Source of the DNA: a bacterium
GTDB taxonomy: Bacteria > Ratteibacteria > UBA8468
Assembly (NCBI GenBank): GCA_030630065.1
Contig: DAOVNU010000001.1
Coordinates: 1 to 43,792, forward strand
Reading direction: 5' to 3'
Length of the DNA stretch: 43,792 bases
A program made the position numbers and the translations under genes. The notes beneath the pieces were generated by a model. The model saw only the letters and a program-made list of their open reading frames with translations. It was not told where the DNA came from and did no database searches. Within the stretch, counting starts at the first letter, position 1. The number at the start of each line of letters is the position of its first letter. Of the stretch, positions 7,956 to 16,371 are shown piece after piece.

Positions 7956-9890
7956 TTATATCCAAAAAACCATATTTCCTTTCATCCCTGTAATGCAATC
8001 GATGATGAACCAGGTTCCAGCACAGGTATATTGGCCCAAGATTAAACCTAAAAAGAAGGGAATGCTGTTTTTATATATTTTTGGTCCTCCATAGCGCAGA
8101 ATCATGCTTTTTAAGAGCCAGGCAAGAAAGATAGAAAACCAAAGGTAGGTAACCCAGCGATTAGAACCAATAGCAAAGCCTATTGGATGCAAAGACCACC
8201 AGAGAAATCTATTCCGCATAAACATTAAGAAAAACATTACCACTACCCCAATGCCCTTGCAGAGCCAGCCAATGCCATTGGGACCGGTTGGATGGAGAAT
8301 TTTATCGGCCGTATATTTAAAGGGCATAATTGGTCCATCTACAAAAAACCACTTATTAAGATTTGCTCCTCCGGAAGTATAGGAAAATCGAATAACCAGC
8401 CAGAGGGAGGTAAAGATTCCAATAATAAGGGCTAAAAGCATTCCTAAAAAGAGTAATCTTTTTCTCTTTCCCATCTCCTCTGCCATCTTTAAGCCATGAG
8501 CAGCTGGAGACATCGGGAAGGTTCTTAAATCTGAATGATAAGGCCAGGTAAGGGCTAAACCGGTAAGGTCTCTTGCTCCAATATGAGAAGAGCCAAGTGC
8601 AGAAACAATAGTATCTGAAGAAATGGTGGGAGCGGTTAAGGCAGGAATGCCGCCCTCAGCCACAATTCGAGTTAAACCGATATAAAGGAGAAAGGCAATA
8701 AAAAGGAAGAGTAAAGAAATTCCAAAGGAAATCCCGGTCAAAGTAAGCCAGAAACTCATAAAAAGAACGGAAAGAATAATTCCAATTACCGCTGTTCGAT
8801 AAGAAAGCATCTCGGAGGAATCATCAATCTTTTTATCTCCTTTAAATGCTTTTCTGAAAACGTCTCTTAAATGACCTCTTGCCATCCAGAGACCAAAGAA
8901 AACCAGAGTTATAAAAGCACCCATTCCTAAATGAGACGCGATAACGTCGTGAGTACCAGGGAAGCCAAGATACTCGGAACTGCTTATTCCGGTAATATTA
9001 AAAATAGCACGAAGTGTAGTAGATAAAAGGCTAAAGAACCAGAGAGAAAAGGCAACATCAAGATTGATTAAGTATGCCAAACCCAAGACAGGAAAACTGA
9101 GGCGAAACTGTATATCGACTGTCTGCCGAAAGATAGGAACCCATTGCACCAGATTGATTAAAGGAACAAAATGGAAGTAATGATGCAAAGCGTTGAGACA
9201 TCCAATCACAAAAGGAATGGCAAAGCCAAGCCACATAATTTTGTTTCTATAAAAGGGAGCAAGAGCAGAACCCTTCTCTTCCTTTACTATCTCCATCGGA
9301 AGCCTTGTCAGAGGAAAGATTAACCTTTCCTTTTCTACCCATTGCTTACGCAGAATAACCATTATAGCAATCATTACAAAATAAAGAGCAAAAATAAAGG
9401 GAAGCCAGAGAACTAAAGGTTTAATCCATGTCATCCAGGGAATGGATGTTCCTTTAGGCAAACCCTCAAAGAAGGTTCTGATATTCTCTGCTCCCTGAGG
9501 AACTAACCAGCGTTTGATATAGGGTTGAATCAGTTGTGCCCATCTATTCTCAGGTGTGGCATAGTAAAAGGAAGCAGCAAGCATCGGGAGAATTTTACTG
9601 CCAAATCCCATCGTAACCACCGAGCAACAAACAATGAGCATTGTATAGATAAGGAGTTGCTCAGAGCTAGAAAAGCCGATTCCTAACTTTCGTAAAACTG
9701 TATTGATGAGTAAAGTAAAAACAAAGAAGATAAATATTGCTCCCGCAGGCATATGGTCAATAGCAAGATAAGAACCATGGACAATGTTCACCGAATACTG
9801 GCAGGCGAGAGTAACCAAAAAGCAAAGGATAGCTCCAGTGGTAAAGGCTCTTAGAGTGAAGGGGGGTGGATTATCTTCCGGAATTTTCAT
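7956..9890 (-). CDS. Large polytopic membrane protein, putative transporter (resembles DUF6785/DUF6784-type proteins)
   Basis: 644 aa with hydrophobic segments along the whole length. No ATPase or known transporter signature was recognised by eye. There is an ATGA overlap with the upstream CBM9-like gene. Confidence 0.55.
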   Translation of the reverse strand: MKIPEDNPPPFTLRAFTTGAILCFLVTLACQYSVNIVHGSYLAIDHMPAGAIFIFFVFTLLINTVLRKLGIGFSSSEQLLIYTMLIVCCSVVTMGFGSKILPMLAASFYYATPENRWAQLIQPYIKRWLVPQGAENIRTFFEGLPKGTSIPWMTWIKPLVLWLPFIFALYFVMIAIMVILRKQWVEKERLIFPLTRLPMEIVKEEKGSALAPFYRNKIMWLGFAIPFVIGCLNALHHYFHFVPLINLVQWVPIFRQTVDIQFRLSFPVLGLAYLINLDVAFSLWFFSLLSTTLRAIFNITGISSSEYLGFPGTHDVIASHLGMGAFITLVFFGLWMARGHLRDVFRKAFKGDKKIDDSSEMLSYRTAVIGIILSVLFMSFWLTLTGISFGISLLFLFIAFLLYIGLTRIVAEGGIPALTAPTISSDTIVSALGSSHIGARDLTGLALTWPYHSDLRTFPMSPAAHGLKMAEEMGKRKRLLFLGMLLALIIGIFTSLWLVIRFSYTSGGANLNKWFFVDGPIMPFKYTADKILHPTGPNGIGWLCKGIGVVVMFFLMFMRNRFLWWSLHPIGFAIGSNRWVTYLWFSIFLAWLLKSMILRYGGPKIYKNSIPFFLGLILGQYTCAGTWFIIDCITGMKGNMVFWI

Positions 9891-10639
9891 AAATCAGAAA
9901 AATAAATAAAACCAAATTTGTTGGGAACGTGGAAGGTTGCCTTCTTAGAATTAGTAATTGACCATTGACTATACTGGTATTTGCCATTTTTTAGACGATT
10001 GACACGATTCAAGTTTAGCCGCCAGATATCCCCATTTTTTGGTGTACCAGATATCCGGGCAAAATTTCTAAATGGAATAGATATCTCCGCGTTCCAGTAG
10101 CAGTCAGTATCTTGACTATTATTCAGTGTGCCTTTGATGAACTCTTTTACTCTAACATCAGCATCCCATTTGGTTAGAACAAGCCAGCTTCCCCCTTTAT
10201 AAATTCTGGCATGATCGAGTACTGTCCCCTTAGCATTTATCTCAAAATTAAAATAGACAGAGACTTCCCTGTAGTTTGGGCTAATAAATACTTCCACACA
10301 GTCATCCCGAGAAACATCATCATCCCTCTCTGTTTGCTCTGCCTGAATGTAGCTATCTTCGCAGTGAAAGAAAACATATAAATTTTTGTCATTCCAGAGC
10401 ATCTTGACTGAAGTGCCTTCTCTTTCCTCGTTATTTACCAAACCAGCAAAGGAAAAATTTCCAAATTCTTTGGCTTTAAGCCAGTCTGGTTCATTCATCA
10501 GACCATCTACAGTTATTACACTGGTAGTTCGCCTAACTATATAGGTAGGAAGCGATTTCTCTGCTAAAAGACTGCTTTCTGGAAAAAGGAAAAGAATTGA
10601 TATTGTGCATAAGATGAGTATATAAGTTAATCTTCTCAT
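9887..10639 (-). CDS. Secreted carbohydrate-binding family 9 (CBM9/DOMON-like) protein
   Basis: 250 aa with a signal peptide (MRRLTYILILCTISILFLFPESSLLA). It contains ITVDGLMNEPDWLKAKEFGNF ... LWNDKNLYVFFHCED ... WNAEISIPF. Confidence 0.6.
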   Translation of the reverse strand: MRRLTYILILCTISILFLFPESSLLAEKSLPTYIVRRTTSVITVDGLMNEPDWLKAKEFGNFSFAGLVNNEEREGTSVKMLWNDKNLYVFFHCEDSYIQAEQTERDDDVSRDDCVEVFISPNYREVSVYFNFEINAKGTVLDHARIYKGGSWLVLTKWDADVRVKEFIKGTLNNSQDTDCYWNAEISIPFRNFARISGTPKNGDIWRLNLNRVNRLKNGKYQYSQWSITNSKKATFHVPNKFGFIYFSDL

Positions 10640-10682
10640 TTAGTTTAAATTGAATGGTCCATCACTCTTTTCTTCGTACTTT

Positions 10683-11168
10683 TTAATATACCTTTATCTC
10701 ATAGATATGGGCACTGGGATCAGCCGAGTCATAGGTTACTGTAACCTTTATAAACCTGGCATTTATACGTTTAAATATATGGATATGTCCTTTATTCTTT
10801 ACTCTATCTTTTACCGGGCCTTCTGGTTCGGTATTTTCAGTCATATCTACAACCTGTATCCATTTCTTCTTATCAGCAGAGACATCTATTTTATATTGGT
10901 AGTATCTCGGCCAATCCGTGGCACAGAAGAATATATGAATCTTGCTTATCTTCCTGGGCTCTCCGAAATCAAGTTGTATCCAGCAGGGAGTAGGACCAGC
11001 GTACCAGCCGGTATTCAGATTTCCATCAATCGCATTTTGTGGAAAATGATGACCTTCCTGAATTACACTGGCACTAACTAAGGATTCTGAAGCTATATTC
11101 TTTTCCATTTGGCAGAATATCTCTGTAGGCGGAAAGATGAGAAGACAAAAAATCAATAAACTTTTCAT
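10683..11168 (-). CDS. Secreted F5/8 type C (discoidin/CBM32-like) domain protein
   Basis: 161 aa with a signal peptide. It contains NAIDGNLNTGWYA ... ARFIKVTVTY. A GGAGG SD lies upstream. Confidence 0.7.
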   Translation of the reverse strand: MKSLLIFCLLIFPPTEIFCQMEKNIASESLVSASVIQEGHHFPQNAIDGNLNTGWYAGPTPCWIQLDFGEPRKISKIHIFFCATDWPRYYQYKIDVSADKKKWIQVVDMTENTEPEGPVKDRVKNKGHIHIFKRINARFIKVTVTYDSADPSAHIYEIKVY

Positions 11169-11183
11169 TGTTAAACCTCCATT

Positions 11184-14100
11184 CTAAAAGGTTGCTTCTA
11201 ATACCTGAATATCACCGGGAACTATTTTTGTGGTAACAGTATAGAGACCTTTTTGGCTTTTATAGTTAATTTTCTTTCCTGTTCTTAACTCGACTATCTT
11301 TTTAGGTTTCTTCTTGAAGATTACCTTAACCTTGGCCGTCTTGGCGAAATCAAACTCCTCTGGTTTGAAACGGTCTTTGATAACTCCATTATTATTCATA
11401 AGGATAATAAGCCAACCGTCTTCCGTTTTATTGAACTGGTAACCGATACCATCTCCTTTCACCTCCCCGGGAAGTATCTCCTTTGTTATCTCTGATAATA
11501 TCGTAGGCATGAAGGATAACATCTTGTTATCCTTATTCAATAGATAGGAGGCGGTGGTGAAAATAATGTTACCTTTCCCGTATCTGTTCAGCGTTGCCAT
11601 TATTCTTCCCTGATTATCAGTTATCAGGGGTTTTGCCCTCAAGAGTTTTATAGGTTGATAGGTAAATCTGGAGGTTTCCTCAGGTTCTTCTATTATCTCC
11701 ACCCCCAAGAAATCTTTCGGGAAGCAGTTATTCACCTGTTTGTTATTAAGGAAGAGTGTCCCACCTTTCCTGACATATTCTATCAATCTTTCGGCTAACT
11801 TTTTGTCAATCCTAATATCTCCTAAGGCTATCAAAACTTTATAGTTATCTAAAGTAGATAAAGAGATAGTGCCACTGGGGGGATTAGGGATGAGTACATC
11901 AAATATATCCCCATAAGGAGTGGGAGCCAAACCGATGCATCTACCCATTTCCTTCCTGGAAGGATAGATTGTCTGCATAAACTCATCAATCATATAATCT
12001 CCTTTCTGGAAAGGAAGGCTAAACCAAATATGCTTCTTCTCGTGTGGCTGTGGCATCCACCCATGATAATAATCCAAGAGCAATCCAACCGGGGTGTAGG
12101 CAGTGCCTCTATCGGGATGTTTTTTAGCAAACTCAAATACCTCTTTTAAAACCTCTCCGTGAGGAGAAAGTTCACATACTCCGTTATTATCTTTATCCTG
12201 AAGAAAGGCGATTGGTTCACACTCAAAACTAAGATAGTTTGCACCGGCAAAATAGGCGTGGTAAAGAGAGCGCCTTCCTAAGGAAACAGGCATACCGAAA
12301 TCTGGTCCGTGAGGCGTACGGACTGTCTTCTTGGCAACTGCAGATTTACCTTCAGGAGTTACATAGGCTGGATAAGCACTTCTATAGAAATAAGCTTGAT
12401 AATGCATCCATGGCTTATGATATTGTCTGCTAGCACTGCGAGCAAACATCTCACGAAATTGATAGGTAACCCCGTAATTGCAGGAAGAGAATTCAGAACC
12501 AATCATATTTGCTCCCCATTCCGCAGCATAATGGTCAAAACACGCACCACCGGTCATTGGATAGACATCATTAAAAAGCACCTCTTTTTCCCACTTGAAT
12601 ATGTCCTCTAAGAGTTTGCATCTTTCCTTTTTGTTCTTATTCAGTAAACTTAAACGAGGGTATTTCTTTGCATCTTCCTTACCTACAATCCCACTATAGA
12701 GTCCTCCTTTATCTTTACTCCAGCCACTCCAGCCATAGAAATTATTAATGTCATTTACCCATTCTGGCATCCAGAATCCCAGGAATGCATCTTTATACTT
12801 TTTCTTCCATTGCGCATATGCCTCATAATCAACAGAGTTGCTATTTAAACCTAGGAACTGCCCAATCTCGAATCGCAGAAAAGAAAAGAGAAATGGCTTT
12901 TTGGTGGAAGAATATTTTTTTGCTTCTTCGCTCAGGTTAGCAATAGATAATTGCTTTCCATAGAGTTGACCGGAGATACAGATACGAACTCTATCTGTAA
13001 TTATGGGCTTAAAAGTCAAGGTATTTTGGGACAATTGGTTATTCTTTATCTCTATAAGATTTCTATAAAAGGGGCCATATTGGAGAAGAAAATCAGAAAT
13101 TCTATACAACCCATATTTTTCTCCATAATCATGATAGAGAATTACTTTATTTATCTTGGTCTTCTTCCCGAAATTCAGTTCTATCCAGCCCTTTTGCTGA
13201 TGATATTTTTCAGCTGGTGAAGAAAAACAAATATCACCAAAAATCTTTCCGTTATTTATCCTTTTCAGGCCGTAGAATTTTCCTTGCTCACACCATGCAG
13301 TAACCTTTGCGCCGAGGGCTAGATTTTTGGCCTTTTTCGGACCAAAGACCTCTATCTCTCTGATGGCAATCCGGCGAAGTTGCATTACTCTGGGCGGGGG
13401 GAGAACCTTATCAATTACTGTCCCTGATTCCTTGACCATCGGTTCCTCTTCAAGCAATGACATTTTTTCCCATTCTGGAGTGTGTATTATAAACCAGAAG
13501 TCCTTACCAAGATTCTTCAATGGTATCCAATCTTTACTAATTTCATACCCCTGATTACTTACCAGTTTCATACCCGAAGACACTCTTTTAAAACTCCTCT
13601 TGTTATTATTAGCGATTCCTACCTGATATTTCTTATAACAATTCTTCACCTCTGAAGCACTTAAAACTCTGTTGTAAATTCTTACCTCGTCGATTGTGCC
13701 GTTGAAATAATAACCCGATGTAGATAACCGCCCTATTCTGAGTGATCTTGTTGTATCTGATAATACAAGATTTGAGAATGCCTTTGCTGAGCCATGCTGA
13801 GCCCCATTAATATATAACCTACCGGTTGATTCTGCTGCCGTAACTACAACATGATAAAATTGGTCAGGAGTAAAGGTATAATAAACTCCACCAAAATTAT
13901 TCTCGCCTCCAGCAGACCCTCCTGCTGAGTTGCCAAAACAGGTATAACAGAAACTCTTTCCGTTGTTCCTATTATCATAACCAAACCACCAGCCCGCATT
14001 TGGCTCGGAACTATCAGGCATCCCTTTTCCCGCAATTCCCAATAACTTTCCTGTGCTACTTGAGTAATCTAATAAAAAGTCAAACTTAACCCATGCCTCA

Positions 14101-14378
14101 ATCGTAATGCTGCCGGTAATATTCAAACTCGCATCATTTCCGCAATCGATATAGTCATCTTTTCCATCAAAAAATAAAGCTTTCCCAGATATTCCCTTTA
14201 CCCAGGTTGCTCCATAAATAGTTCCATCATTTCCGCTAACTGAATCTTTAGCTATATTTCCTTTTCCTCCATCAAAGGACCAGTACGCAACAAGACCTTT
14301 GGTCTTCGCTAAACATACACTGCCAGTAATTAACCATAGACTTACTACAAATACTACTAATCTTTCTATTTTCTTCAT
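11184..14378 (-). CDS. Large secreted multidomain protein: LamG/concanavalin-like lectin domain, F5/8-type C-like domain and an uncharacterised glycoside-hydrolase-like C-terminal region
   Basis: 1064 aa with a signal peptide. The LamG signature is LVAYWSFDGGKGNIAKDSVSGNDGTIYGATWVKGISGKALFFDGKDDYIDCG ... IDEVRIYNRVLSASEV. The middle region (IREIEVFG...GWIELNFGKKTKINKVILYH) is discoidin-like. The C-terminal YKVLIALGDIRIDKKLAERLIEYVRKGGTLFL resembles GH42-type trimerisation/GATase-like modules. Confidence 0.7.
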   Translation of the reverse strand: MKKIERLVVFVVSLWLITGSVCLAKTKGLVAYWSFDGGKGNIAKDSVSGNDGTIYGATWVKGISGKALFFDGKDDYIDCGNDASLNITGSITIEAWVKFDFLLDYSSSTGKLLGIAGKGMPDSSEPNAGWWFGYDNRNNGKSFCYTCFGNSAGGSAGGENNFGGVYYTFTPDQFYHVVVTAAESTGRLYINGAQHGSAKAFSNLVLSDTTRSLRIGRLSTSGYYFNGTIDEVRIYNRVLSASEVKNCYKKYQVGIANNNKRSFKRVSSGMKLVSNQGYEISKDWIPLKNLGKDFWFIIHTPEWEKMSLLEEEPMVKESGTVIDKVLPPPRVMQLRRIAIREIEVFGPKKAKNLALGAKVTAWCEQGKFYGLKRINNGKIFGDICFSSPAEKYHQQKGWIELNFGKKTKINKVILYHDYGEKYGLYRISDFLLQYGPFYRNLIEIKNNQLSQNTLTFKPIITDRVRICISGQLYGKQLSIANLSEEAKKYSSTKKPFLFSFLRFEIGQFLGLNSNSVDYEAYAQWKKKYKDAFLGFWMPEWVNDINNFYGWSGWSKDKGGLYSGIVGKEDAKKYPRLSLLNKNKKERCKLLEDIFKWEKEVLFNDVYPMTGGACFDHYAAEWGANMIGSEFSSCNYGVTYQFREMFARSASRQYHKPWMHYQAYFYRSAYPAYVTPEGKSAVAKKTVRTPHGPDFGMPVSLGRRSLYHAYFAGANYLSFECEPIAFLQDKDNNGVCELSPHGEVLKEVFEFAKKHPDRGTAYTPVGLLLDYYHGWMPQPHEKKHIWFSLPFQKGDYMIDEFMQTIYPSRKEMGRCIGLAPTPYGDIFDVLIPNPPSGTISLSTLDNYKVLIALGDIRIDKKLAERLIEYVRKGGTLFLNNKQVNNCFPKDFLGVEIIEEPEETSRFTYQPIKLLRAKPLITDNQGRIMATLNRYGKGNIIFTTASYLLNKDNKMLSFMPTILSEITKEILPGEVKGDGIGYQFNKTEDGWLIILMNNNGVIKDRFKPEEFDFAKTAKVKVIFKKKPKKIVELRTGKKINYKSQKGLYTVTTKIVPGDIQVLEATF

Positions 14379-14431
14379 CTTCTATTTCCTCCCATAATAA
14401 TTGTTTTGTTATTTTTATGTGTTACAATGGA

Positions 14432-14565
14432 CTGGTGTCTCGTAACTGAAATATCTTTACAAAGTCATTGAAATCAACAGATTCTTCGGGTTTACACCCT
14501 CAGAATGACAGTTCACACTTTTCTGTTTACAGAACTGTGCGCTTATTAACGTTACGAGACACCAG
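14432..14565. repeat. 134-bp element bounded by perfect 15-bp inverted repeats (MITE-like or structured RNA)
   Basis: CTGGTGTCTCGTAAC (14432..14446) pairs with GTTACGAGACACCAG (14551..14565). The interior contains repeat copy 3 and a second hairpin, CAGTTC...GAACTG. It lies in the 231-nt gap between the DUF1559 gene and the LamG gene. Confidence 0.6.
14479..14511 (-). repeat. GTCATT...AATCTC palindromic repeat, copy 3 (variant ATTCT/AGAAT), nested in the IR-bounded element
   Basis: The minus strand reads TGTCATTCTGAGGGtgtaaaCCCGAAGAATCTG. Confidence 0.65.
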
Positions 14566-14609
14566 TTTAAATTAGCGAGGACAAGAAGAGAACCCACCCT
14601 ACTAAATTG

Positions 14610-15371
14610 TCAGTCCCACGTAATTCGTTCCAAATCTTCTGTTACTGCGGCCTTAAAGGTGATATCCTCATAGCCTACCTCATTTAATCTTGCTTTGTTG
14701 CAGGCCTCTACATGACCATCAGCAAAGAGGATATTGGCGGCCCCGCTATGCCTCAGATGGACAAGTCTGGAGGAGCTCGTTCTTCCTACATAGCTTAACT
14801 GCCGATGATTGTTAGCGTCTGTCGGTTTATTAACGAGGATACTATCACAAAGATAAGGATAGAAGGATGGTTTTGGTACCTTTGTAATGAATGTAAATTG
14901 TCCTTTATATAAGGAGTCGGGGAGAAACTCACTGTTCCAGGTAATCCCATAGGTCGTATCCCTAGATCCGCCTGGGTAATACGGCCAAGAAGGACAGACG
15001 AATATTGAGTTTTTAGGCATTCCCGAGGCAGCAGCTTGCCTTATAGGCATATAACCTAAGAACGAATAAAACTCGTGCCAATATGCCCTGTTATCCGACG
15101 TATAAGGTAATGAGTAAGGCTCGGCAGTAGGTTGATTTATTACCCAGCCACCATAGTCACCGGCATACATAAACATCGCCAACCCCAACTGCTTTAAGTT
15201 ATTCATACAGACCGCTGCTCTTGCCTTCTCCCTGGCTTTACTAAGAGCAGGTAATAGCATTGCCGCTAAAATAGCGATAATCGCTATTACCACTAATAAC
15301 TCTATTAACGTAAAACCTTTTCGGGCGTCATAAATGTCGCCCCTACATTTACTTCCTATTCTCTTTTCCAT
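14610..15371 (-). CDS. Prepilin-type N-terminal cleavage/methylation domain protein of the DUF1559 (H-X9-DG) family
   Basis: 253 aa with [48 protein letters not shown], and [15 protein letters not shown] near the C-terminus. An AAAGGAG SD lies upstream. Confidence 0.85.
   Translation of the reverse strand: MEKRIGSKCRGDIYDARKGFTLIELLVVIAIIAILAAMLLPALSKAREKARAAVCMNNLKQLGLAMFMYAGDYGGWVINQPTAEPYSLPYTSDNRAYWHEFYSFLGYMPIRQAAASGMPKNSIFVCPSWPYYPGGSRDTTYGITWNSEFLPDSLYKGQFTFITKVPKPSFYPYLCDSILVNKPTDANNHRQLSYVGRTSSSRLVHLRHSGAANILFADGHVEACNKARLNEVGYEDITFKAAVTEDLERITWD
15322..15351. repeat. Hairpin + CCCTACATTTA repeat, copy 1 (inside the prepilin-leader coding region)
   Basis: CGGGCGtcataaatgtCGCCCCTACATTTA. 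On the coding strand it gives ...CRGDIYDAR... in the leader peptide. Confidence 0.5.
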
Positions 15372-15383
15372 TTTTTCTCCTTT

Positions 15384-15410
15384 GGCAGAGTAATTCTGCC
15401 CCTACATTTA
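15384..15410. repeat. Hairpin + CCCTACATTTA repeat, copy 2 (5' UTR of the same gene)
   Basis: GGCAGAgtaatTCTGCCCCTACATTTA. It has the same 13-nt tail (GCCCCTACATTTA) as copy 1 but a different stem sequence. Confidence 0.5.
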
Positions 15411-15447
15411 TCTATGTCAACAGGATGTTTCAGGACATCCTGGGAAA

Positions 15448-15461
15448 GCCGCCTGGGCGGC
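15448..15461 (-). terminator. Weak terminator-like GC hairpin just after the deoR stop
   Basis: The minus strand reads GCCGCCCAGGCGGC followed by TTTCCC. A second hairpin, CAGGATGTCCTGAAACATCCTG (15421..15442), follows. The U-tract is poor. Confidence 0.3.
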
Positions 15462-15467
15462 AAAATT

Positions 15468-16235
15468 TCAAGCAAAGATTAGCCGGATATTATTTTCCTT
15501 GAAATAATTCAAGTAGTTTTCTGAAATGTTGTTTGTGGTGATAATGGTATTAATTTTATTCAAAGGAATAACTACGTAGGGAGCCAGCTGATTAAACTTG
15601 GTATGACTGGCAAGAAGGATTATTTCTTTGGTTTTTTTAATAAGTTCCTTTTCTAATTCTACAATTAAGGAATTGTGATTCATTATCCCGTTATTGATAT
15701 TTATTCCCCCGGCACCAATAAAGATTTTTTGCGCAAAGACCTCTTTGGCACTTTGTAAAGATGATGGCCCTACCAAATAACCTTCCTCTGCTACAGAGGT
15801 GCCTCCAGGAACCGTTAATTCACCGGAGCTATCCCTCAGGAGATAGGCAACAGAAAGAGAAGCGGTAAAAACACTAATCTTCTTTTTTTCTTTCCTTAAA
15901 TATTTGGCAAGAGCAAAGGTGGTACGGCCAGTACCTAAGATGATGGATTCCTGGTTACTCACCAATTCAACAGCAGTTTTTCCTATTCTTTGTCTTTCTT
16001 CGTACAAAGGATCTTCCCTTGATTCATAGGAGGATAACTTTGGAAAATTATCCTCGTCCTTCTCTAAGAATATCGCCCCTCCCCGAACTGACTTAATGAT
16101 CTTTTTCTGGCTAAGTTCCTGGAGATATCTATGGAGGGTAGCTCGGGATACTCCCAATTCCCGATAGAGTTCAAAGGTGTTGGCGAACTCTTTATCTCTC
16201 AAAATATTGACTAATTGGTGTTGCTTAATATTCAT
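15468..16235 (-). CDS. DeoR/GlpR family transcriptional regulator
   Basis: 255 aa with an N-terminal wHTH (ELGVSRATLHRYLQELSQKKIIKSVRGGA) and a C-terminal DeoR sugar-phosphate sensor domain. Confidence 0.85.
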   Translation of the reverse strand: MNIKQHQLVNILRDKEFANTFELYRELGVSRATLHRYLQELSQKKIIKSVRGGAIFLEKDEDNFPKLSSYESREDPLYEERQRIGKTAVELVSNQESIILGTGRTTFALAKYLRKEKKKISVFTASLSVAYLLRDSSGELTVPGGTSVAEEGYLVGPSSLQSAKEVFAQKIFIGAGGININNGIMNHNSLIVELEKELIKKTKEIILLASHTKFNQLAPYVVIPLNKINTIITTNNISENYLNYFKENNIRLIFA

Positions 16236-16252
16236 TTTTAATTCTGAAAATG

Positions 16253-16281
16253 ATTATACCCCAATTTAATACGTTTGTCAA
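16253..16281 (-). promoter_or_regulatory. Sigma70-type promoter of the DeoR regulator gene
   Basis: The minus strand reads TTGACA-aacgtattaaattgggg-TATAAT: consensus -35, 17-nt spacer, consensus -10. The -10 ends 17 nt before the ATG, so the leader is very short and lacks an SD. Confidence 0.65.
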
Positions 16282-16315
16282 GTTTTGTTGCAAAAAATTG
16301 AGATGTTATGAGACA
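16277..16315 (-). promoter_or_regulatory. Conserved ~40-nt upstream motif, copy A (abuts the -35 of the deoR promoter)
   Basis: The plus strand reads GTCAAgtttTTGTTGcAAAAAAttGAGATGTTATGAGACA. It shares a 16-nt perfect core and flanking blocks with copy B. Confidence 0.5.
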
Positions 16316-16371
16316 GAATAAACCTGTCACAAAATTCATAAACAGATTTCCGTGCAGAAGCATGAGATTCT

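Noticed and set aside
13844-14035. 63-aa minus-strand ORF inside the LamG gene in another frame. Similar cases occur at 16728..16919, 33437..33679, 42911..43093 and 43211..43444
   Set aside because: They are embedded out of frame in longer, motif-supported CDSs and show no independent signal.
14610-15371. Prepilin-like DUF1559 protein and the GspG-like domain at 32127..33191 as evidence for a type II secretion or type IV pilus system
   Set aside because: The window has no secretin, no GspE/PilB ATPase, no GspF/PilC platform and no prepilin peptidase. DUF1559 proteins occur as numerous stand-alone genes in PVC genomes, and the GspG-like domain lacks the pilin helix.
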